From Oscillospiraceae bacterium (GTDB lineage: Bacteria; Bacillota; Clostridia; Oscillospirales; Ruminococcaceae): a stretch of 64,000 nucleotides of DNA. The position numbers were made by a program, and so were the translations under genes. This document shows positions 1 to 8,500 of this stretch, in pieces. Numbering within the stretch: the stretch's first letter is position 1; every line of letters starts with the position of its first letter. The notes beneath the pieces were generated by a model, which did not search any database, was not told the DNA's origin, and worked only from the letters and a program-made list of their open reading frames with translations. Where the stretch lies: assembly GCA_045541055.1 (NCBI GenBank), contig JAZQIL010000183.1:4878-68877 (forward strand). Direction: 5' to 3'.

Positions 1-1251
1 GCGGCAACCTCCCCTGTTGAAACTGTAGAAAATCATGTTTCTGCTGAAAAGCAGGATAAAAATAAAAATGTTATCATTGGCAGAACTGTCAGAATTGATA
101 ATACTTCTTATGAAGAAGAAATTCCGGAAGTTCCGGAAGCTCCTGAAACTCCGGCGGAAATCTCCGCTGTTGCTCCTGTAGAAAATTACGTACAGGCACA
201 GGAAACCGCTCCTGCTGTTCAGGAACTGGAAACCATTCAGGAAACAACCCCAAATGCAGAAACTCCTGAACCTCAGCAGTCTACTGCTGTCACTGCAAGA
301 GTTTTTGTAAAATCTAATGTAAGTACAAAAACAACTCCAGAAACAACTGCTGTTCAGGAAACACAAGCTCCTACAGCTCCACAGACAGAAGCTCCTACTG
401 AACTTCCCGTCTCTGAAACAGAACAGCCTCAAACAACTCCCGAAACACAGCCCGCTGAAACTGTAAAGCCGGAAACAACAAATACAACTGCTCCTAAATC
501 ACTTACTGTAAAAGTAACTGTTCCAAGCATTTCTGCTCCTGCTGTTTCTAAAGTGGCTGAAACTACTGCTGAAACCACTACTTCCACCACTGATGAAACA
601 ACAACTACTACTTCAACAACTACTACTTCAACAACGACTACCACAACCACAACTTCCACTTCAACAACAACTACTACCACTACTGAACCTATCCTCACCA
701 CAACTGAAACAACCACTACTATCAGTGAAGCCGAAATTGTAGATGCTTCTGATTTCACTTTAGATGAGCTTTTAAGCGGAAACTTTGAAGAAATGGAAAC
801 TGCACAGGAATATGCTCCTGAAGTTCCTCAGGAAGCTCCTGTTGAAGTAGCTACTGAAAAAGTAGAAGAAACAGAAGCTGTTATAGAAGAAGTAGAGGAA
901 ATTTCTCCTGCTCTCTCTATCTCCAACAGAGAATACATTCTCCTCTGCAACTGTGTAGCACATGAAGCCGGTTCAGATGTCATCACAATCGAAAATAAAG
1001 CCAAAGTAGTAGAAGTAGTTATGAACCGTGTTGCTTCTTCTGAATTCCCGAATACTATTTACGGCGTTATTACACAAAAATATCAGTTCAGCGGTTCTTC
1101 TACCTATGCTGACTGCACTACCTATACAAGAAAAGTAACCGATAATGTAAAGGCTGCTGTAGATTTATACTTCGCTGACCCCTCTGCATTCAACCATGGT
1201 TATAAATATTTCTATGGTGACGGTTCTCAGAATCATTTCAGAGTTTCTTAA
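1..1251 (+). CDS. Cell-wall hydrolase with a C-terminal SleB/CwlJ-type domain; the 5' end lies outside the window
   Basis: Frame 1 is open from base 1 to the TAA at 1249-1251; the ORF track only begins at an internal GTG (553). The C-terminal ~110 aa (NREYILLCNCVAHEAGSD...VMNRVASSEFPNTIYGVITQKYQFS) fits the SleB/CwlJ Hydrolase_2 signature. A long Thr/Pro/Glu-rich low-complexity region precedes it. Confidence 0.75.
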   Translation, partial: AATSPVETVENHVSAEKQDKNKNVIIGRTVRIDNTSYEEEIPEVPEAPETPAEISAVAPVENYVQAQETAPAVQELETIQETTPNAETPEPQQSTAVTARVFVKSNVSTKTTPETTAVQETQAPTAPQTEAPTELPVSETEQPQTTPETQPAETVKPETTNTTAPKSLTVKVTVPSISAPAVSKVAETTAETTTSTTDETTTTTSTTTTSTTTTTTTTSTSTTTTTTTEPILTTTETTTTISEAEIVDASDFTLDELLSGNFEEMETAQEYAPEVPQEAPVEVATEKVEETEAVIEEVEEISPALSISNREYILLCNCVAHEAGSDVITIENKAKVVEVVMNRVASSEFPNTIYGVITQKYQFSGSSTYADCTTYTRKVTDNVKAAVDLYFADPSAFNHGYKYFYGDGSQNHFRVS

Positions 1252-1275
1252 TTTACTCTCTTTTGCAAATTTCTA

Positions 1276-1308
1276 ACAGAGTATTGCTGATGCAGTACTC
1301 TGTTTTTA
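1276..1308 (+). terminator. Intrinsic terminator after the SleB-like gene
   Basis: Hairpin ACAGAGTA(1276-1283)/TACTCTGT(1296-1303) followed by a T-run. Confidence 0.6.
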
Positions 1309-1378
1309 TTATTTCCGACAAAATTTATGTTTCTTTTTGTTTTTTTTAGAATTCTTTAAAATAATAACAAGATTTTAC

Positions 1379-1407
1379 TTGACGAATACTGAAAAATTCA
1401 GTATAAT
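1379..1407 (+). promoter_or_regulatory. Sigma-A-type promoter of the aroB-aroA-aroC unit
   Basis: TTGACG (1379-1384), 17-nt spacer, TATAAT (1402-1407), about 50 nt upstream of the aroB start. Confidence 0.55.
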
Positions 1408-1460
1408 ATAAGAGTAAGTTTTTTTTCATTTCCAGAAATTACAAAATGCAGGAGGTTCTT

Positions 1461-2510
1461 ATGCAAACAATTCATGTGCCTGTCAACGATGCTTATGATG
1501 TGCTTGTCGAACGTGGCATTCTCCAAAAATCCGGAGATATTATTCAAAAACTTGTTTCCGCTGAAACTTGTGTGATTATCACAGATGATAATGTAGATAA
1601 ATTCTATTCTCAAACTGTCGAACAGTCTCTCCAAAATTCCGGCTTTCGTACTGCTAAATTCGTTTTCCCTCACGGTGAAACTTCTAAAAATGCTGAAACG
1701 CTTCTTAAAATTTATACTTTCCTCTGTCAGCATGAAATTACCCGTTCCGATTGCTTAATTGCACTTGGCGGAGGTGTTGTCGGTGATATTACCGGATTCG
1801 CAGCAGCTACTTTCCTCAGAGGTCTCCCCTATATTCAAATTCCTACTTCTTTATTAGCGCAGGTAGACTCTTCTGTCGGCGGTAAAACAGCCATTGACCT
1901 CCCAGAAGGGAAAAATCTTGTCGGTGCATTCAAACAGCCTGTTGCTGTCCTCTGTGACCCCGATACCCTTAAAACACTCCCTGAACCTTTCCTGATTGAC
2001 GGTATGGGCGAAGTCATTAAATACGGCATGATTGCTGATGCAGAACTTTTCCAGAAATTATCTTCCTATGACCTGCATTCCGTTCATGAACATTTTGACG
2101 AAATTATACCTGCCTGCATTGCAATTAAACGTGATGTCGTTGCTGAAGATGAACTCGATACCGGTCTCAGAATGATTCTGAATTTTGGCCATACACTTGG
2201 CCATGCCATTGAAGCTTATTATCATTATGAAACTTACACACACGGCTGTGCAGTCGCTGCCGGTATGTGCTTAATTACGAAAATACTCGGCAATGAACAA
2301 GACTACCTCAAATTAAAAGCCTGTGCAGAACGCTATCACCTCCCTACAGATGTGCCTGCACCTCTCCCTGCACTTGCTGCACTCTGCGGAAATGACAAAA
2401 CACGCTCCGGTAAAAAACTCCGCTACATCATTTGTGACCCTATTGGAACTGCTGACATCAGAAGCGATTCTCTCTCTGACTTCCGAAATCATTTCGCTTC
2501 CCCGACCTGA
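1461..2510 (+). CDS. aroB: 3-dehydroquinate synthase
   Basis: Motifs GGGVVGDITGFAAATFLRGLPYIQIPTSLLAQVDSSVGGKTAIDLPEGKNLVGAFKQP and NFGHTLGHAIE. Start moved to the ATG at 1461, which follows GCAGGAGG; the ORF-track ATG at 1446 lies inside that RBS. Confidence 0.93.
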   Translation: MQTIHVPVNDAYDVLVERGILQKSGDIIQKLVSAETCVIITDDNVDKFYSQTVEQSLQNSGFRTAKFVFPHGETSKNAETLLKIYTFLCQHEITRSDCLIALGGGVVGDITGFAAATFLRGLPYIQIPTSLLAQVDSSVGGKTAIDLPEGKNLVGAFKQPVAVLCDPDTLKTLPEPFLIDGMGEVIKYGMIADAELFQKLSSYDLHSVHEHFDEIIPACIAIKRDVVAEDELDTGLRMILNFGHTLGHAIEAYYHYETYTHGCAVAAGMCLITKILGNEQDYLKLKACAERYHLPTDVPAPLPALAALCGNDKTRSGKKLRYIICDPIGTADIRSDSLSDFRNHFASPT

Positions 2511-2523
2511 AAGGATAATTTAC

Positions 2524-3759
2524 ATGAATATACAAATTCAACCTCATAAACTAAGGGGAAGAGTCAAAGTCCCCTCTTCTAAAAGCATTGCTCACAGAAT
2601 GTTAATCTGCGCTGCACTCAGCAAAGGTACTTCTGAAATTTCCGGCATCAGCTTTTCCAAAGATATTGAAGCCACTATTTCCGTCATGAAAGCCCTTGGA
2701 GCAGAAATTTCCATTCAGGAAGATACCGTTTTCGTCACTGGGCTGACGGAACGTCCAAAAAAGGCTCTTGCAGACTGCTGTGAAAGCGGTTCAACTTTAC
2801 GTTTCTTAATCCCTGTTGCTGCCGCTCTCGGTGCAGAAACCACCTTCACAGGACAGGGAAGACTCCCTCAGCGTCCCATTACCCCCTACTTGAGAGAACT
2901 CTCTCAAAAAGGCATTGCTTTCGACTACCAAAATACAATGCCTTTCACTATCAAAGGGCAGCTGCAAAGTGGTAAATTTCAGCTGGAAGGCGACATTTCT
3001 TCTCAATTTGTCACAGGTCTGCTGCTTGCACTCCCCCTCCTGAAAGAAGATTCTGAAATTTTTCTAACTTCCCCTTTAGAGTCACGCCCTTATGCGGATA
3101 TGACAGTACATTGTATGGAACAGTTCGGTGTATGTGTCAAAGAACTTCCGAACAGCTGGCATATTTTCGGCAATCAGCACTATCATGCAAAAACCCTCTC
3201 CGTAGAAGGCGATTTCTCTCAGGCTGCCTTTTTCTACGTTGCAAATGCAATCGGCAATCAAATTGTTCTTGAAAATATTCCTCCCAAATCCGTTCAGGGT
3301 GACAGAAAAATTGTGGAACTTATCGAAAAAATATGCTACCAGAAAAATGACAATCAGGATAAATTTCTAATTGATGCTAAAAATATTCCTGATTTAGTTC
3401 CCATTCTTGCTGTTCTTGCCACGTTCGGCCAAAAGCCTACTATTATCTGTAATGCACAAAGGCTCTGCATAAAAGAAAGTAATCGTCTTGAATCCACTGC
3501 TCACATGCTTAACGCACTCGGCGGAAAAGTTAAAATTCTCCCCGATGGTTTGGAAATTTACCCAGCTACTTTGCATGGCGGCACAGTCGACAGCGCAGGC
3601 GACCATAGAATCGCAATGTGTGCAGCAATTGCTGCTTCCCGTGCTTCTGAACCAGTAACCATTCAAGGCGCAGAATGCGTAGAAAAATCTTATCCAACAT
3701 TTTTTCAGGACTATCAGAATTTAGGAGGTATTATTCATGGCGTCCATTTGGAATCATAA
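2524..3759 (+). CDS. aroA: 3-phosphoshikimate 1-carboxyvinyltransferase (EPSP synthase)
   Basis: N-terminus MNIQIQPHKLRGRVKVPSSKSIAHRMLICAAL and later GDHRIAMCAAIAA are typical EPSPS motifs. The ORF-track start at 2323 lies inside aroB; the ATG at 2524 follows AAGGA. Confidence 0.93.
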   Translation: MNIQIQPHKLRGRVKVPSSKSIAHRMLICAALSKGTSEISGISFSKDIEATISVMKALGAEISIQEDTVFVTGLTERPKKALADCCESGSTLRFLIPVAAALGAETTFTGQGRLPQRPITPYLRELSQKGIAFDYQNTMPFTIKGQLQSGKFQLEGDISSQFVTGLLLALPLLKEDSEIFLTSPLESRPYADMTVHCMEQFGVCVKELPNSWHIFGNQHYHAKTLSVEGDFSQAAFFYVANAIGNQIVLENIPPKSVQGDRKIVELIEKICYQKNDNQDKFLIDAKNIPDLVPILAVLATFGQKPTIICNAQRLCIKESNRLESTAHMLNALGGKVKILPDGLEIYPATLHGGTVDSAGDHRIAMCAAIAASRASEPVTIQGAECVEKSYPTFFQDYQNLGGIIHGVHLES

Positions 3760-4813
3760 CATTTCTGTTTCTGTATTCGGCGAATCACAAGGACCTGCTA
3801 TCGGTGTGACAATTGACAATCTCCCCCCAGGTGAATATATTGATTCAAATCAACTTTCTCAGTTCATGGAACGGCATGGCACAGATGAAAATGGTCACCC
3901 TGCTTTAAGTCAGGTGATGTCCGGCATTCTGAATCACAGAACAACCGGTTCGCCCTTATGCGCTTTCATTCAAAATACTAGTCAACCCGTCCAAAACCTT
4001 TCACAAATTAACCGTCTCCCCCGCCCCGGCCATGCTGATTATACCGGCACGCTCCGTTATAAAGGCTTTAATGATATCCGTGACGGCGGTCATGTCTCTT
4101 ACTCTATGATGACCCCCTTATGCTTTGCCGGTGCAGTCTGCGCTCAAATCTTGGAACGAAGAGGCATTTACACAGGGGCGCATATTGAAGAAGTACACGG
4201 CATTCATGACAGAACATTCAATCATGTCTCCGTTACAAAAGAAGATATCCTTGCTGTACGCTATAAACAATTCCCCGTCATTCAAAACGCTCAGGGCGAG
4301 AAAATGCTTGCAGATATTCAGGCGGCTGCTAACGGCGGTGAAACCCTTGGTGGTGCAATTGAATGTGTTTCTGTCAATGTTCCGGCTGGTATCGGTTCTC
4401 CCGTCTTTAACGGTCTCGAAAATACCATTGCACAATTATTATTTGCTCTTCCTGATATTCGTGGCTTGGAATTCGGTGCTGGCTTCGATGTCACTGAAAT
4501 GACAGGCAGTCAATGCAACGATTCTTACTATGTAGACAAACACGGCCATATTAAAACCGCTTCCAATACACATGGCGGTATCCTTGGCGGTATCTCCTCC
4601 GGTATGCCCATTACGCTCAAAGTCGCTTTCCGTCCGCCTGCTTCCGTTGGAAAAGCACAGAAAACAATTAACCTTTCCAGCATGGAAACAGAAACACTTC
4701 CGCAACCTTCCGCTCCTGAATCCTGTATTCTTCCTAAACTAGTTCCCTGTGTGGAAGCTGCTGTCAATATCGCTTTACTTTCCCACATGCTGGAATATCC
4801 GCATTTCTGCTGA
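3737..4813 (+). CDS. aroC: Chorismate synthase
   Basis: FGESQGPAIGVTIDNLPPG, RPGHADYTG and GGISSGMPI motifs. AGGAGG lies 9 nt upstream. Overlaps the aroA stop by 23 nt. Confidence 0.93.
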   Translation: MASIWNHNISVSVFGESQGPAIGVTIDNLPPGEYIDSNQLSQFMERHGTDENGHPALSQVMSGILNHRTTGSPLCAFIQNTSQPVQNLSQINRLPRPGHADYTGTLRYKGFNDIRDGGHVSYSMMTPLCFAGAVCAQILERRGIYTGAHIEEVHGIHDRTFNHVSVTKEDILAVRYKQFPVIQNAQGEKMLADIQAAANGGETLGGAIECVSVNVPAGIGSPVFNGLENTIAQLLFALPDIRGLEFGAGFDVTEMTGSQCNDSYYVDKHGHIKTASNTHGGILGGISSGMPITLKVAFRPPASVGKAQKTINLSSMETETLPQPSAPESCILPKLVPCVEAAVNIALLSHMLEYPHFC

Positions 4814-4836
4814 TATCACTCAGAAAGGCCTACATC

Positions 4837-5406
4837 ATGCGTGATGAAAATTTACACAAAATTTCCGAACTTGCTGACCGTACTATTTCCGACCCCGTCA
4901 CTGCAAATATTCTGCTTTGTTATCTCATGCAGCAAATCGCAAAACCTCTTGATGCAGATATGCTTTACGATATTGCCGTTACCAATGGCATTATTAACTA
5001 TTTCGCATTTCAGGACGCTTTGCAGACAATGGAAGAAACAAATGCTATTTCCTGCGTGCAGAAAGATGACGGAAAATATTATTCCTTAACTGAAAAAGGT
5101 ATCGAACATGCTGAACACTTTCACCATCTTATCGGAAAATCTTACCGTGAACGTATTACTGAAATTGCTCAGTCTGCAGTAAAACGGCGTAAATTAGAAG
5201 AACAACTCAAAATTTCTTACGAACCGTTAGAACAAGGCTGTCATTTACACGTCCGCTTAGTTGACCATACACTTGTTCTTTTAGAATTAACCCTCTTTAC
5301 CCCCGATGAACATCAAGCTCACCTTCTGGGAGATAAAATTCTTTCCAATCCGACTGCGGTCTATCATAAAATTCTCCGTGCAGTCATACCAGAACAACAA
5401 GCTTAA
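4837..5406 (+). CDS. Small cytoplasmic protein, DUF4364-like (putative winged-helix)
   Basis: 189 aa with no signal peptide. The family call comes from overall resemblance recalled from memory only. Confidence 0.45.
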   Translation: MRDENLHKISELADRTISDPVTANILLCYLMQQIAKPLDADMLYDIAVTNGIINYFAFQDALQTMEETNAISCVQKDDGKYYSLTEKGIEHAEHFHHLIGKSYRERITEIAQSAVKRRKLEEQLKISYEPLEQGCHLHVRLVDHTLVLLELTLFTPDEHQAHLLGDKILSNPTAVYHKILRAVIPEQQA

Positions 5407-5408
5407 TC

Positions 5409-5446
5409 AAAAACTCTGCAATTTTTCATGCAGAGTTTTTCTTTTT
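5409..5446 (+). terminator. Intrinsic terminator of the aro/DUF4364 unit
   Basis: CTCTGCA(5414-5420)/TGCAGAG(5429-5435) hairpin followed by TTTTTCTTTTT. Confidence 0.6.
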
Positions 5447-5460
5447 GCATCATAAAAATA

Positions 5461-5492
5461 AGAAAAACCTCCTTTTTACGGGAGGTTTTTCA
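5461..5492 (-). terminator. Intrinsic terminator ending the scaffoldin locus
   Basis: On the minus strand, AAAACCTCC/GGAGGTTTT hairpin followed by a U-run, 23 nt after the stop of the 2249-aa gene. Confidence 0.65.
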
Positions 5493-5514
5493 GATATCAC
5501 TGTAAATTTACAGA

Positions 5515-8500
5515 TTATTCCTTACCAGTCATACCATTAAATTCGCCAATTTCCTTTGTATACTTCGGAAGCGGGCTTGTTAATGTGTCATACCAGTTCG
5601 GGTCGTTACCAGCACCCTGGTTAGCAGCGTATACGAGCATGAAGCCAGCATCGTTTGCACGCAGAGGTGAGTTCACGGTTTCGGAAATTGCATCAACTGC
5701 ACCATTGGAAGTAGCACCATGGTCTTCAGATTCGCCGTTGACATCGCTCAGGAAGTATACGAAATCTTCCAGAACAATCTTAGCATTTACTGCTTCTTCC
5801 AGTTCAGATAATTTCAGCTCTTCTTCTGTAATATCTTCAGCAAGAATCTTTGCTTCATTACCTGCACCGAAGTTCGCAGCATATACCAGAACGGATGCAG
5901 CATCCTTGGAGTTTACAACACCGTTCAGCGTTGTATCGCCCTTTACACCGATGTAAACAGTTCCTGTTACAGCTGCTGCATCATCTGCAAGCTCTTCTGT
6001 TACATTGCCGTTTTCATCTACATTGACAAACTTCCAGTCAGGTGCATTTTCCATGTTAGCATAATCTGCATTCACAGGAACAAATTTCAGTGTACTCTTG
6101 AAGTATGCATCATGTTTATTGCTGTTTGCATTGGCAACGATATAATCTCTGTACTTATCGGGTACCATTTCAGGGAATTCGTTTTCAAAGACAGCCTTCG
6201 GATTATTCAGGTCTTTATTCACCAGTTCAAAATCAACCAGTTCATTGACAGTAGACCAGTCGCTGACATGCGGATTTTCAGCAGTATTATCACTGTAGAT
6301 TTCACGTCTCTTCAGTGTACCTACTTCAATCAGGTCATTCTTCAGGTCAAACGGTCTGTTGTCATGTGAGAAGTAGAACTTCTTCTTGCCCTGAATATTG
6401 TACTGATACTGAACAACGGTAGGAACAACGTCTTCCGCCAGAACTTCAATATAGCCATCTACTTCAGTAACAGCAACTTTATTGTCGTTGACTTTGATTG
6501 CTTCTACTGTGTCGTTTACACCAGGTTCTTTGAAGGTGATTTTGTAGACATCAGCTGCTGTACCTTCTGGAACGTCAAAGTTCAGATATACAAGAATAGA
6601 GTTATTTGCAGCCTGTTCTTCATCTGCTGCACCAGCAAGTGTACCTGCAAACTGATTTTCAGTACCTTCTGTGATGTTCATCAACTTGTAAGAAGTACCA
6701 AGCGTAAAGCCAGTATACTTCGGACCTTCTTCGCCAAACTGGAAGTCAATATCAAACTTGAAGGAGTTCAGTTTCAAAGCTTCCAAATCTTCAGCAGTAA
6801 TTGTAATCGGAACGGAAACAGATGTGCCAGCATGTGTACTCTTGTTACCAATTTCCCATGTTGCTGTAAGGTCGCTGATTACTGGAGGCAATGTGTCAGA
6901 TTCAGTAGGAACTGTTTCAGAGCTGTCTTGTGTCGGCTCTACAGAAGGCTCAATGCTTTCATTTGTCTGGTCAGCAGTTTCGGAAGTATCTTCTGTAGAT
7001 TCAGAAGCCGGTTCACTGGAGGGTTCTGTAGATTCAGAAGCCGGTTCACTGGAAGGTTCTGTAGATTCAGAAACCGGTTCGCTGGAAGGTTCTGTAGATT
7101 CAGAAGCCGGTTCACTGGAAGGTTCTGTAGATTCAGAAGCCGGTTCACTGGAAGGTTCTGTAGATTCAGAAGCCGGTTCGCTGGAAGGTTCTGTAGATTC
7201 AGAAGCCGGTTCGCTGGAAGGTTCTGTAGATTCAGAAACCGGTTCGCTGGAAGGTTCTGTAGATTCAGAAACCGGTTCACTGGAAGGTTCTTCAGAAGAA
7301 GGAGCAATGACTTCAATCCAGCCAGGCTGCTTTTCAGGTGTCAGTTCAGCCATGTTAATGTCATAAACAGACAGGTCTGCAAAGGTCAGGTCATACTTGC
7401 CCGGTTCCATCGGAGCTGTGAAGGTTACATCAAATACAGTTGCGCCATCTTTGGAAAGTGCAATATTTTCTTTTACAGTTGTATTTGTCGCTGCAAAAGT
7501 CATGTTGTCAAGATTGGATACAAATTCCAGACCAGCATAAGCATCACCGTTTGCTGCTGCTGTACCATTGGTTAAGCCGGCAGCCAGACCCATCTTCATG
7601 ATGTAGCTGTTAATACCGTTCTTGTCACCCTTTACAGTAACAGGAATTGTAACGGTTGCACCAGGCTCTACAGTTGCTGTACCAATAATCCACATACCAG
7701 CATCGCCGATTTCAATTGATTCTTCTGTGCTTTCGGTAGGAGCTTCTGTACTTTCGGTGGGCTTTTCTGTGCTTTCAGCAGGAGCTTCTGTACTTTCAGT
7801 AGGAGCTTCTGTACTTTCAGTAGGAGCTTCTGTACTTTCTTCAGTAGCTTCACTGGTAGGAGCAATAACTTCAATCCAGCCAGGCTGCTTTTCAGGTGTC
7901 AGTTCAGACATGTTAATATCATAAACAGACAGGTCTGCAAAGGTCAGGTCATACTTGCCAGGTTCCATCGGAGCTGTGAAGGTTACATCAAATACAGTTG
8001 CACCGTCCTTGGAAAGTGCAATATTTTCTTTTACAGTTGTGTTTGTACCTGCAAAGGACATGTTGTCAAGATTGGATACAAATTCCAGACCAGCATAAGC
8101 ATCGCCGTTTGCTGCTGCTGTACCATTTGTTAAGCCATCAGCCAGACCCATCTTCATGATGTAGCTGTTAATACCGTTCTTATCACCAATTACAGTAACA
8201 GGAATAGTGACAGTTGCACCAGGTTCTACGGTTGCTGTGCCAATTACCCACAGACCAGCATCACTAACTTCACTAGGTAAAACTTGTTCACTGGTTTTTT
8301 CAGTAGTTTCAGTGGGCTTTTCTGTGGTTTCAGTAGGCTTTTCAGTAGGAACTTCTGTGCTGTCCGCAATCTTTTCAGTAGACCTTTCTGTAGTTTCAGT
8401 AGGAGCTTCTGTACTTTCTTCAGTAGCTTCACTGGTAGGAGCGATAACTTCAATCCAGCCGTTCTGCTTTTCAGGTGTCAACTCAGACATGTTAATGTCA

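Noticed and set aside
429-963. Minus-strand ORFs 429-758 and 772-963 opposite the SleB-like gene.
   Set aside because: The poly-Val translation is the mirror of the Thr-rich linker. They have no RBS and are antisense to a CDS with a recognisable domain.
2323-2523. N-terminal extension of aroA in the ORF track.
   Set aside because: It lies within the aroB coding region in another frame. The conserved EPSPS N-terminus begins at the ATG at 2524.
7001-7290. The regular 33-bp direct repeats (and the 21-bp repeats at 12645-12775 and 13294-13440) could be mistaken for a CRISPR array.
   Set aside because: The repeats are contiguous with no spacers, are in frame within long CDSs encoding Pro/Ser/Thr/Glu linkers, and no cas genes are present.
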